This document shows positions 50,061 through 63,293 of a stretch of DNA of 64,000 bases, piece after piece. A model generated the notes under the pieces. That model was given only the letters and a program-made list of their open reading frames with translations. It made no database searches and was not told the origin of the DNA. The stretch comes from Eledone cirrhosa. Lineage: Eukaryota. The first letter of the stretch is position 1. The number at the start of each line of letters is the position of its first letter. The translations under genes were made by a program, and so were the position numbers. The DNA is taken from contig OZ024744.1 in assembly GCA_964016885.1 (NCBI GenBank), positions 372,001-436,000 of the forward strand, read 5' to 3'.

Positions 50061-53000
50061 GTTCTTCACCAAGCTAACTTTCTCTACCTTGTCTTCCCTC
50101 AAAACTTCGTTCTTCATCAAGCAATCTTTCTCTACCTTGTCTTCCTCAAAACTTCGTTCTTCACCAAGCTATCTTTCTCTACCTTGTCTTCCCTCAAAAC
50201 TTCGTTCTTCACCAAGCTATCTTTCCCTACCTTTTTTTCCCCCAAAACACCGTTCTTCACCAAAACTATCTTTCTCTACCTTGTCTTCCCCCAAAACTTC
50301 GTTCTTCACAAGCTATCCTTCTCTACCTTGTCTTCCCTCAAAACTTCGTTCTTCACCAAGCTATCTTTCTCTACCTTGTCTTCCCTCAAAACTTCGTTCT
50401 TGATCAAGCTATCTTTCTATACCTTGTCTTCCATCAAACTTCGTTCTTCACCAAGCTATCTTTCTCTACCTTGTCTTCCCTCAAAACTTCGTTCTTCACC
50501 AAGCTATCTTTCTCTATCTTGTCTTCCCTCAAAACTCCGTTCTTCATCAAGCTATCGTTCTCTACTTTGTCTTCCCTCAAAACGTCGTTCTTCACCAAGC
50601 TATCTTTCTCTACCTTGTCTTCCCTCAAAACTTCGTTCGTTCTTCACCAAGCTATCTTTCTCTACCTTGTCTTCCCCCAAAACTTCGTTCTTCACAAGCT
50701 ATCCTTCTCTACCTTGTCTTCCCTCAAAACTTCGTTCTTCACCAAGCTATCTTTCTCTACCTTGTCTTCCCTCAAAACTTCGTTCTTGATCAAGCTATCT
50801 TTCTCTACCTTGTCTTCCCACAAAACATCGTTCTTCATCAAGCTATCTTTCTCTACCTTGTCTCCCCTCAAAACGTCGTTCTTCACCAAGCTATCTTTCT
50901 CTACCTTGTCTTCCCTCAAAACGTCGTTCTTCACCAAGCTATCTTTCTCTACCTTGTCTTCCCTCAAAACTTCGTTCGTTCTTCACCAAGCTATCTTTCT
51001 CTACCTTGTCTTCCCCCAAAACTTCGTTCTTCACAAGCTATCCTTCTCTACCTTGTCTTCCCTCAAAACTTCGTTCTTCACCAAGCTATCTTTCTCTACC
51101 TTGTCTTCCCTCAAAACTTCGTTCTTGATCAAGCTATCTTTCTCTACCTTGCATTCCCTCAAAACTTCGTTCTTCACCAAGCTATCTTTCTCTACCTTGT
51201 CTTCCCTCAAAACTTCGTTCTTCACCAAGCTATATTTCTCTACCTTGTCTTCCCTCAAAACTTCGTTCTTCACAAGCTATCCTTCTCTACCTTGTCTTCG
51301 CTCAAAACTTCGTTCTTCACCAAGCTATCTTTCTCTACCTTGTCTTCCCTCAAAACTTCATTCTTCACCAAGCTATCTTTCTCTACTTTGTCTTCCCTCA
51401 AAACATCGTTCGTTCTTCATCAAGCTATCTTTCTCTACCTTGTCTTCCCTCAAGACTTCGTTCGTCACCAAGCTATCTTTCTCTACCTTGTCTTCCCACA
51501 AAACTTCGTTCTTCACCAAGCTATCTTTCTCTACCTTGTCTTCCCACAAAACGTCGTTCTTCACCAAGCTATCTTTCCCTACCTTGTCTTCCCTCAAAAC
51601 GTCGTTCTTCACCAAGCTATCTTTCTCTACCCATTCTTCTCACAAAACTTCGTTCTTCACCAAGCTCTCTTTCTCTACCTTGTCTTCCCTCAAAACTTCG
51701 TTCTTCACCAGGCTATCTTTCTCTACCCTGTCTTCCCCCAAAACTTCGTTCCTCACCAAGCTATCTTTCTCTACCTTGTCTTCCCTCAAAACTTCGTTCT
51801 TCACCAAGCTATCTTTCTCTACCTTTTTTTCCCCCAAAACTTCGTTCTTCACCAAACTATCTTTCTCTACCTTCTCTACCCTCAAAACTTCGTTCTTCAC
51901 CAAGCTAACTTTCTCTACCTTGTCTTCCCTCAAAACTTCGTTCTTCATCAAGCAATCTTTCTCTACCTTGTCTTCCCTCAAAACTTCGTTCTTCACCAAG
52001 CTATCTTTCTCTATCTTGTCTTCCCTCAAAACTTCGTTCTTCACCAAGCTATCTTTCCCTACCTTTATTTCCCCCAAAACTCCGTTCTTCACCAAACTAT
52101 CTTTCTCTACCTTGTCTTCCCCCAAAACTTCGTTCTTCACAAGCTATCCTTCTCTACCTTGTCTTCCCTCAAAACTTCGTTCTTCACCAAGCTATCTTTC
52201 TCTACCTTGTCTTCCCTCAAAATTCGTTCTTGATCAAGCTATCTTTCTATACCTTGTCTTCCATCAAAACTTCGTTCTTCACCAAGCTATCTTTCTCTAC
52301 CTTGTCTTCCCTCAAAACTTCGTTCTTCACCAAGCTATCTTTCTCTATCTTGTCTTCCCTCAAAACTCCGTTCTTCATCAAGCTATCGTTCTCTACTTTG
52401 TCTTCCCTCAAAACTTCGTTCTTCACAAGCTATCCTTCTCTACCTTGTCTTCGCTCAAAACTTCGTTCTTCACCAAGCTATCTTTCTCTACTTTGTCTTC
52501 CCTCAAAACATCGTTCGTTCTTCATCAAGCTATCTTTCTCTACCTTGTCTTCCCTCAAGACTTCGTTCGTCACCAAGCTATCTTTCTCTACATTGTCCTC
52601 CCCCAAAACTTCGTTCTTCTTCAAGCTATCTTTCTCTACCTTGTCTTCCCTCAAAACGTCGTTCTTCACCAAGCTATCTTTCTCTACCTTGTCTTCCCAC
52701 ACAACTTCGTTCTTCATCAAGCTATCTTTCTCTACCTTGTCTTCCCTCAAAACGTCGTTCTTCACCAAGCTATCTTTCTCTACCTTGTCTTCCCCCAAAA
52801 CTTCGTTCTTCACCAAGCTATCTTTCTCTACCTTGTCTACCCCCAAAACTTCGTTCTTCACCAAGCTATCTTTCTCTACCTTGACTTCCCTCAAAACTTC
52901 GTTCTTCACCAAGCTATCTTTCTCTACCTTGTCTTCCCTCAAAACTTCGTTCTTCACCAAGCTATCTTTCTCTATCTTGTCTTCCCTCAAAACTCCGTTC

Positions 53001-56000
53001 TTCATCAAGCTATCGTTCTCTACTTTGTCTTCCCTCAAAACGTCGTTCTTCACCAAGCTATCTTTCTCTACCTTGTCTTCCCTCAAAACTTCGTTCGTTC
53101 TTCACCAAGCTATCTTTCTCTACCTTGTCTTCCCCCAAAACTTCGTTCTTCACAAGCTATCCTTCTCTACCTTGTCTTCCCTCAAAACTTCGTTCTTCAC
53201 CAAGCTATCTTTCTCTACCTTGTCTTCCCTCAAAACTTCATTCTTCACCAAGCTATCTTTCTCTACTTTGTCTTCCCTCAAAACATCGTTCGTTCTTCAT
53301 CAAGCTATCTTTCTCTACCTTGTCTTCCCTCAAGACTTCGTTCGTCACCAAGCTATCTTTCTCTACCTTGTCTTCCCACAAAACTTCGTTCTTCACCAAG
53401 CTATCTTTCTCTACCTTGTCTTCCCACAAAACGTCGTTCTTCACCAAGCTATCTTTCCCTACCTTGTCTTCCCTCAAAACGTCGTTCTTCACCAAGCTAT
53501 CTTTCTCTACCCATTCTTCTCACAAAACTTCGTTCTTCACCAAGCTCTCTTTCTCTACCTTGTCTTCCCTCAAAACTTCGTTCTTCACCAGGCTATCTTT
53601 CTCTACCCTGTCTTCCCCCAAAACTTCGTTCCTCACCAAGCTATCTTTCTCTACCTTGTCTTCCCTCAAAACTTCGTTCTTCACCAAGCTATCTTTCTCT
53701 ACCTTTTTTTCCCCCAAAACTTCGTTCTTCACCAAACTATCTTTCTCTACCTTCTCTACCCTCAAAACTTCGTTCTTCACCAAGCTAACTTTCTCTACCT
53801 TGTCTTCCCTCAAAACTTCGTTCTTCATCAAGCAATCTTTCTCTACCTTGTCTTCCCTCAAAACTTCGTTCTTCACCAAGCTATCTTTCTCTATCTTGTC
53901 TTCCCTCAAAACTTCGTTCTTCACCAAGCTATCTTTCCCTACCTTTATTTCCCCCAAAACTCCGTTCTTCACCAAACTATCTTTCTCTACCTTGTCTTCC
54001 CCCAAAACTTCGTTCTTCACAAGCTATCCTTCTCTACCTTGTCTTCCCTCAAAACTTCGTTCTTCACCAAGCTATCTTTCTCTACCTTGTCTTCCCTCAA
54101 AATTCGTTCTTGATCAAGCTATCTTTCTATACCTTGTCTTCCATCAAAACTTCGTTCTTCACCAAGCTATCTTTCTCTACCTTGTCTTCCCTCAAAACTT
54201 CGTTCTTCACCAAGCTATCTTTCTCTATCTTGTCTTCCCTCAAAACTCCGTTCTTCATCAAGCTATCGTTCTCTACTTTGTCTTCCCTCAAAACTTCGTT
54301 CTTCACAAGCTATCCTTCTCTACCTTGTCTTCGCTCAAAACTTCGTTCTTCACCAAGCTATCTTTCTCTACTTTGTCTTCCCTCAAAACATCGTTCGTTC
54401 TTCATCAAGCTATCTTTCTCTACCTTGTCTTCCCTCAAGACTTCGTTCGTCACCAAGCTATCTTTCTCTACATTGTCCTCCCCCAAAACTTCGTTCTTCT
54501 TCAAGCTATCTTTCTCTACCTTGTCTTCCCTCAAAACGTCGTTCTTCACCAAGCTATCTTTCTCTACCTTGTCTTCCCACACAACTTCGTTCTTCATCAA
54601 GCTATCTTTCTCTACCTTGTCTTCCCTCAAAACGTCGTTCTTCACCAAGCTATCTTTCTCTACCTTGTCTTCCCCCAAAACTTCGTTCTTCACCAAGCTA
54701 TCTTTCTCTACCTTGTCTACCCCCAAAACTTCGTTCTTCACCAAGCTATCTTTCTCTACCTTGACTTCCCTCAAAACTTCGTTCTTCACCAAGCTATCTT
54801 TCTCTACCTTGTCTTCCCTCAAAACTTCGTTCTTCACCAAGCTATCTTTCTCTATCTTGTCTTCCCTCAAAACTCCGTTCTTCATCAAGCTATCGTTCTC
54901 TACTTTGTCTTCCCTCAAAACGTCGTTCTTCACCAAGCTATCTTTCTCTACCTTGTCTTCCCTCAAAACTTCGTTCGTTCTTCACCAAGCTATCTTTCTC
55001 TACCTTGTCTTCCCCCAAAACTTCGTTCTTCACAAGCTATCCTTCTCTACCTTGTCTTCCCTCAAAACTTCGTTCTTCACCAAGCTATCTTTCTCTACCT
55101 TGTCTTCCCTCAAAACTTCGTTCTTGATCAAGCTATCTTTCTCTACCTTGCATTCCCTCAAAACTTCGTTCTTCACCAAGCTATCTTTCTCTACCTTGTC
55201 TTCCCTCAAAACTTCGTTCTTCACCAAGCTATCTTTCTCTACCTTGTCTTCCCTCAAAACTTCGTTCTTCACAAGCTATCCTTCTCTACCATGTCTTCGC
55301 TCAAAACTTCGTTCTTCACCAAGCTATCTTTCTCTACCTTGTCTTCCCTCAAAACTTCATTCTTCACCAAGCTATCTTTCTCTACTTTGTCTTCCCTCAA
55401 AACATCGTTCGTTCTTCATCAAGCTATCTTTCTCTACCTTGTCTTCCCTCAAGACTTCGTTCGTCACCAAGCTATCTTTCTCTACCTTGTCTTCCCCCAA
55501 AACTTCGTTCTTCACCAAGCTATCTTTCTCTACCTTGTCTACCCCCAAAACTTCGTTCTTCACCAAGCTATCTTTCTCTACCTTGTCTTCCCACAAAACT
55601 TCGTTCTTCACCATGCTATCTTTCTCTACCTTGTCTTCCCACAAAACGTCGTTCTTCACCAAGCTATCTTTCCCTACCTTGTCTTCCCTCAAAACGTCGT
55701 TCTTCACCAAGCTATCTTTCTCTACCCATTCTTCTCTCAAAACTTCGTTCTTCACCAAGCTCTCTTTCTCTACCTTGTCTTCCCTCAAAACTTCGTTCTT
55801 CACCAGGCTATCTTTCTCTACCCTGTCTTCCCCCAAAACTTCGTTCCTCACCAAGCTATCTTTCTCTACCTTGTCTTCCCTCAAAACTTCGTTCTTCACC
55901 AAGCTATCTTTCTCTACCTTTTTTTCCCCCAAAACTTCGTTCTTCACCAAACTATCTTTATCTACCTTCTCTTCCCTCAAAACTTCGTTCTTCACCAAGC

Positions 56001-56841
56001 TAACTTTCTCTACCTTGTCTTCCCTCAAAACTTCGTTCTTCATCAAGCAATCTTTCTCTACCTTGTCTTCCTCAAAACTTCGTTCTTCACCAAGCTATCT
56101 TTCTCTACCTTGTCTTCCCTCAAAACTTCGTTCTTCACCAAGCTATCTTTCCCTACCTTTTTTTCCCCCAAAACACCGTTCTTCACCAAAACTATCTTTC
56201 TCTACCTTGTCTTCCCCCAAAACTTCGTTCTTCACAAGCTATCCTTCTCTACCTTGTCTTCCCTCAAAACTTCGTTCTTCACCAAGCTATCTTTCTCTAC
56301 CTTGTCTTCCCTCAAAACTTCGTTCTTGATCAAGCTATCTTTCTATACCTTGTCTTCCATCAAACTTCGTTCTTCACCAAGCTATCTTTCTCTACCTTGT
56401 CTTCCCTCAAAACTTCGTTCTTCACCAAGCTATCTTTCTCTATCTTGTCTTCCCTCAAAACTCCGTTCTTCATCAAGCTATCGTTCTCTACTTTGTCTTC
56501 CCTCAAAACGTCGTTCTTCACCAAGCTATCTTTCTCTACCTTGTCTTCCCTCAAAACTTCGTTCGTTCTTCACCAAGCTATCTTTCTCTACCTTGTCTTC
56601 CCCCAAAACTTCGTTCTTCACAAGCTATCCTTCTCTACCTTGTCTTCCCTCAAAACTTCGTTCTTCACCAAGCTATCTTTCTCTACCTTGTCTTCCCTCA
56701 AAACTTCGTTCTTGATCAAGCTATCTTTCTCTACCTTGTCTTCCCACAAAACATCGTTCTTCATCAAGCTATCTTTCTCTACCTTGTCTCCCCTCAAAAC
56801 GTCGTTCTTCACCAAGCTATCTTTCTCTACCTTGTCTTCCC
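44980..56841. repeat. Near-identical tandem duplication, period 5926 bp (copies ~44980-50915 and ~50906-56841)
   Basis: ORF offsets of 5926 at 45105/51031, 46304/52230, 47199/53125, 48184/54110, 49446/55372 and 50692/56618. Private markers ACCATGTC, CACCATGC and AAACACCG are in both copies. One difference was seen at 48811 G/54737 T. Confidence 0.95.
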
Positions 56842-59800
56842 CCAAAACTTCGTTCTTCACCAAGCTATCTTTCTCTACCTTGTCTACCCCCAAAACTTCG
56901 TTCTTCACAAGCTATCCTTCTCTACCTTGTCTTCCCTCAAAACTTCGTTCTTCACCAAGCTATCTTTCTCTACCTTGTCTTCCCTCAAAACTTCGTTCGT
57001 TCTTCACCAAGCTATCTTTCTCTACCTTGTCTTCCCCCAAAACTTCGTTCTTCACAAGCTATCCTTCTCTACCTTGTCTTCCCTCAAAACTTCGTTCTTC
57101 ACCAAGCTATCTTTCTCTACCTTGTCTTCCCTCAAAACTTCGTTCGTTCTTCACCAAGCTATCTTTCTCTACCTTGTCTTCCCCCAAAACTTCGTTCTTC
57201 ACAAGCTATCCTTCTCTACCTTGTCTTCCCTCAAAACTTCGTTCTTCACCAAGCTATCTTTCTCTACCTTGTCTTCCCTCAAAACTTCGTTCTTGATCAA
57301 GCTATCTTTCTCTACCTTGCATTCCCTCAAAACTTCGTTCTTCACCAAGCTATCTTTCTCTACCTTGTCTTCCCTCAAAACTTCGTTCTTCACCAAGCTA
57401 TCTTTCTCTACCTTGTCTTCCCTCAAAACTTCGTTCTTCACAAGCTATCCTTCTCTACCTTGTCTTCGCTCAAAACTTCGTTCTTCACCAAGCTATCTTT
57501 CTCTACCTTGTCTTCCCTCAAAACTTCATTCTTCACCAAGCTATCTTTCTCTACTTTGTCTTCCCTCAAAACATCGTTCGTTCTTCATCAAGCTATCTTT
57601 CTCTACCTTGTCTTCCCTCAAGACTTCGTTCGTCACCAAGCTATCTTTCTCTACCTTGTCTTCCCACAAAACTTCGTTCTTCACCAAGCTATCTTTCTCT
57701 ACCTTGTCTTCCCACAAAACGTCGTTCTTCACCAAGCTATCTTTCCCTACCTTGTCTTCCCTCAAAACGTCGTTCTTCACCAAGCTATCTTTCTCTACCC
57801 ATTCTTCTCACAAAACTTCGTTCTTCACCAAGCTCTCTTTCTCTACCTTGTCTTCCCTCAAAACTTCGTTCTTCACCAGGCTATCTTTCTCTACCCTGTC
57901 TTCCCCCAAAACTTCGTTCCTCACCAAGCTATCTTTCTCTACCTTGTCTTCCCTCAAAACTTCGTTCTTCACCAAGCTATCTTTCTCTACCTTTTTTTCC
58001 CCCAAAACTTCGTTCTTCACCAAACTATCTTTCTCTACCTTCTCTACCCTCAAAACTTCGTTCTTCACCAAGCTAACTTTCTCTACCTTGTCTTCCCTCA
58101 AAACTTCGTTCTTCATCAAGCAATCTTTCTCTACCTTGTCTTCCCTCAAAACTTCGTTCTTCACCAAGCTATCTTTCTCTATCTTGTCTTCCCTCAAAAC
58201 TTCGTTCTTCACCAAGCTATCTTTCCCTACCTTTATTTCCCCCAAAACTCCGTTCTTCACCAAACTATCTTTCTCTACCTTGTCTTCCCCCAAAACTTCG
58301 TTCTTCACAAGCTATCCTTCTCTACCTTGTCTTCCCTCAAAACTTCGTTCTTCACCAAGCTATCTTTCTCTACCTTGTCTTCCCTCAAAATTCGTTCTTG
58401 ATCAAGCTATCTTTCTCTACCTTGCATTCCCTCAAAACTTCGTTCTTCACCAAGCTATCTTTCTCTACCTTGTCTTCCCTCAAAACTTCGTTCTTCACCA
58501 AGCTATATTTCTCTACCTTGTCTTCCCTCAAAACTTCGTTCTTCACAAGCTATCCTTCTCTACCTTGTCTTCGCTCAAAACTTCGTTCTTCACCAAGCTA
58601 TCTTTCTCTACCTTGTCTTCCCTCAAAACTTCATTCTTCACCAAGCTATCTTTCTCTACTTTGTCTTCCCTCAAAACATCGTTCGTTCTTCATCAAGCTA
58701 TCTTTCTCTACCTTGTCTTCCCTCAAGACTTCGTTCGTCACCAAGCTATCTTTCTCTACCTTGTCTTCCCACAAAACTTCGTTCTTCACCAAGCTATCTT
58801 TCTCTACCTTGTCTTCCCACAAAACGTCGTTCTTCACCAAGCTATCTTTCCCTACCTTGTCTTCCCTCAAAACGTCGTTCTTCACCAAGCTATCTTTCTC
58901 TACCCATTCTTCTCACAAAACTTCGTTCTTCACCAAGCTCTCTTTCTCTACCTTGTCTTTCCTCAAAACTTCGTTCTTCACCAGGCTATCTTTCTCTACC
59001 CTGTCTTCCCCCAAAACTTCGTTCCTCACCAAGCTATCTTTCTCTACCTTGTCTTCCCTCAAAACTTCGTTCTTCACCAAGCTATCTTTCTCTACCTTTT
59101 TTTCCCCCAAAACTTCGTTCTTCACCAAACTATCTTTCTCTACCTTCTCTACCCTCAAAACTTCGTTCTTCACCAAGCTAACTTTCTCTACCTTGTCTTC
59201 CCTCAAAACTTCGTTCTTCATCAAGCAATCTTTCTCTACCTTGTCTTCCCTCAAAACTTCGTTCTTCACCAAGCTATCTTTCTCTATCTTGTCTTCCCTC
59301 AAAACTTCGTTCTTCACCAAGCTATCTTTCCCTACCTTTATTTCCCCCAAAACTCCGTTCTTCACCAAACTATCTTTCTCTACCTTGTCTTCCCCCAAAA
59401 CTTCGTTCTTCACAAGCTATCCTTCTCTACCTTGTCTTCCTTCAAAACTTCGTTCTTCACCAAGCTATCTTTCTCTACCTTGCCTTCCCTCAAAATTCGT
59501 TCTTGATCAAGCTATCTTTCTATACCTTGTCTTCCATCAAAACTTCGTTCTTCACCAAGCTATCTTTCTCTACCTTGTCTTCCCTCAAAACTTCGTTCTT
59601 CACCAAGCTATCTTTCTCTATCTTGTCTTCCCTCAAAACTCCGTTCTTCATCAAGCTATCGTTCTCTACTTTGTCTTCCCTCAAAACTTCGTTCTTCACA
59701 AGCTATCCTTCTCTACCTTGTCTTCGCTCAAAACTTCGTTCTTCACCAAGCTATCTTTCTCTACTTTGTCTTCCCTCAAAACATCGTTCGTTCTTCATCA

Positions 59801-62800
59801 AGCTATCTTTCTCTACCTTGTCTTCCCTCAAGACTTCGTTCGTCACCAAGCTATCTTTCTCTACATTGTCCTCCCCCAAAACTTCGTTCTTCTTCAAGCT
59901 ATCTTTCTCTACCTTGTCTTCCCTCAAAACGTCGTTCTTCACCAAGCTATCTTTCTCTACCTTGTCTTCCCACACAACTTCGTTCTTCATCAAGCTATCT
60001 TTCTCTACCTTGTCTTCCCACAAAACATCGTTCTTCATCAAGCTATCTTTCTCTACCTTGTCTCCCCTCAAAACGTCGTTCTTCACCAAGCTATCTTTCT
60101 CTACCTTGTCTTCCCCCAAAACTTCGTTCTTCACCAAGCTATCTTTCTCTACCTTGTCTACCCCCAAAACTTCGTTCTTCACAAGCTATCCTTCTCTACC
60201 TTGTCTTCCCTCAAAACTTCGTTCTTCACCAAGCTATCTTTCTCTACCTTGTCTTCCGTCAAAACTTCGTTCGTTCTTCACCAAGCTATCTTTCTCTACC
60301 TTGTCTTCCCCCAAAACTTCGTTCTTCACAAGCTATCCTTCTCTACCTTGTCTTCCCTCAAAACTTCGTTCTTCACCAAGCTATCTTTCTCTACCTTGTC
60401 TTCCCTCAAAACTTCGTTCGTTCTTCACCAAGCTATCTTTCTCTACCTTGTCTTCCCCCAAAACTTCGTTCTTCACAAGCTATCCTTCTCTACCTTGTCT
60501 TCCCTCAAAACTTCGTTCTTCACCAAGCTATCTTTCTCTACCTTGTCTTCCCTCAAAACTTCGTTCTTGATCAAGCTATCTTTCTCTACCTTGCATTCCC
60601 TCAAAACTTCGTTCTTCACCAAGCTATCTTTCTCTACCTTGTCTTCCCTCAAAACTTCGTTCTTCACCAAGCTATCTTTCTCTACCTTGTCTTCCCTCAA
60701 AACTTCGTTCTTCACAAGCTATCCTTCTCTACCTTGTCTTCGCTCAAAACTTCGTTCTTCACCAAGCTATCTTTCTCTACCTTGTCTTCCCTCAAAACTT
60801 CATTCTTCACCAAGCTATCTTTCTCTACTTTGTCTTCCCTCAAAACATCGTTCGTTCTTCATCAAGCTATCTTTCTCTACCTTGTCTTCCCTCAAGACTT
60901 CGTTCGTCACCAAGCTATCTTTCTCTACCTTGTCTTCCCACAAAACTTCGTTCTTCACCAAGCTATCTTTCTCTACCTTGTCTTCCCACAAAACGTCGTT
61001 CTTCACCAAGCTATCTTTCCCTACCTTGTCTTCCCTCAAAACGTCGTTCTTCACCAAGCTATCTTTCTCTACCCATTCTTCTCACAAAACTTCGTTCTTC
61101 ACCAAGCTCTCTTTCTCTACCTTGTCTTCCCTCAAAACTTCGTTCTTCACCAGGCTATCTTTCTCTACCCTGTCTTCCCCCAAAACTTCGTTCCTCACCA
61201 AGCTATCTTTCTCTACCTTGTCTTCCCTCAAAACTTCGTTCTTCACCAAGCTATCTTTCTCTACCTTTTTTTCCCCCAAAACTTCGTTCTTCACCAAACT
61301 ATCTTTCTCTACCTTCTCTACCCTCAAAACTTCGTTCTTCACCAAGCTAACTTTCTCTACCTTGTCTTCCCTCAAAACTTCGTTCTTCATCAAGCAATCT
61401 TTCTCTACCTTGTCTTCCCTCAAAACTTCGTTCTTCACCAAGCTATCTTTCTCTATCTTGTCTTCCCTCAAAACTTCGTTCTTCACCAAGCTATCTTTCC
61501 CTACCTTTATTTCCCCCAAAACTCCGTTCTTCACCAAACTATCTTTCTCTACCTTGTCTTCCCCCAAAACTTCGTTCTTCACAAGCTATCCTTCTCTACC
61601 TTGTCTTCCCTCAAAACTTCGTTCTTCACCAAGCTATCTTTCTCTACCTTGTCTTCCCTCAAAATTCGTTCTTGATCAAGCTATCTTTCTCTACCTTGCA
61701 TTCCCTCAAAACTTCGTTCTTCACCAAGCTATCTTTCTCTACCTTGTCTTCCCTCAAAACTTCGTTCTTCACCAAGCTATATTTCTCTACCTTGTCTTCC
61801 CTCAAAACTTCGTTCTTCACAAGCTATCCTTCTCTACCTTGTCTTCGCTCAAAACTTCGTTCTTCACCAAGCTATCTTTCTCTACCTTGTCTTCCCTCAA
61901 AACTTCATTCTTCACCAAGCTATCTTTCTCTACTTTGTCTTCCCTCAAAACATCGTTCGTTCTTCATCAAGCTATCTTTCTCTACCTTGTCTTCCCTCAA
62001 GACTTCGTTCGTCACCAAGCTATCTTTCTCTACCTTGTCTTCCCACAAAACTTCGTTCTTCACCAAGCTATCTTTCTCTACCTTGTCTTCCCACAAAACG
62101 TCGTTCTTCACCAAGCTATCTTTCCCTACCTTGTCTTCCCTCAAAACGTCGTTCTTCACCAAGCTATCTTTCTCTACCCATTCTTCTCACAAAACTTCGT
62201 TCTTCACCAAGCTCTCTTTCTCTACCTTGTCTTCCCTCAAAACTTCGTTCTTCACCAGGCTATCTTTCTCTACCCTGTCTTCCCCGAAAACTTCGTTCCT
62301 CACCAAGCTATCTTTCTCTACCTTGTCTTCCCTCAAAACTTCGTTCTTCACCAAGCTATCTTTCTCTACCTTTTTTTCCCCCAAAACTTCGTTCTTCACC
62401 AAACTATCTTTCTCTACCTTCTCTACCCTCAAAACTTCGTTCTTCACCAAGCTAACTTTCTCTACCTTGTCTTCCCTCAAAACTTCGTTCTTCATCAAGC
62501 AATCTTTCTCTACCTTGTCTTCCCTCAAAACTTCGTTCTTCACCAAGCTATCTTTCTCTATCTTGTCTTCCCTCAAAACTTCGTTCTTCACCAAGCTATC
62601 TTTCCCTACCTTTATTTCCCCCAAAACTCCGTTCTTCACCAAACTATCTTTCTCTACCTTGTCTTCCCCCAAAACTTCGTTCTTCACAAGCTATCCTTCT
62701 CTACCTTGTCTTCCCTCAAAACTTCGTTCTTCACCAAGCTATCTTTCTCTACCTTGTCTTCCCTCAAAATTCGTTCTTGATCAAGCTATCTTTCTATACC

Positions 62801-63293
62801 TTGTCTTCCATCAAAACTTCGTTCTTCACCAAGCTATCTTTCTCTACCTTGTCTTCCCTCAAAACTTCGTTCTTCACCAAGCTATCTTTCTCTATCTTGT
62901 CTTCCCTCAAAACTCCGTTCTTCATCAAGCTATCGTTCTCTACTTTGTCTTCCCTCAAAACTTCGTTCTTCACAAGCTATCCTTCTCTACCTTGTCTTCG
63001 CTCAAAACTTCGTTCTTCACCAAGCTATCTTTCTCTACTTTGTCTTCCCTCAAAACATCGTTCGTTCTTCATCAAGCTATCTTTCTCTACCTTGTCTTCC
63101 CTCAAGACTTCGTTCGTCACCAAGCTATCTTTCTCTACATTGTCCTCCCCCAAAACTTCGTTCTTCTTCAAGCTATCTTTCTCTACCTTGTCTTCCCTCA
63201 AAACGTCGTTCTTCACCAAGCTATCTTTCTCTACCTTGTCTTCCCACACAACTTCGTTCTTCATCAAGCTATCTTTCTCTACCTTGTCTTCCC
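56715..63293. repeat. Tandem duplication, period 3274 bp, each copy containing a nested 1105-bp duplication and a 147-bp trimer repeat
   Basis: Offsets of 3274 at 57199/60473, 57460/60734, 57808/61082, 58646/61920 and 59751/63025. Internal 1105 offsets at 57541/58646 and 57808/58913. CACAAG at 56906, 57053 and 57200 gives a period of 147. Confidence 0.93.
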
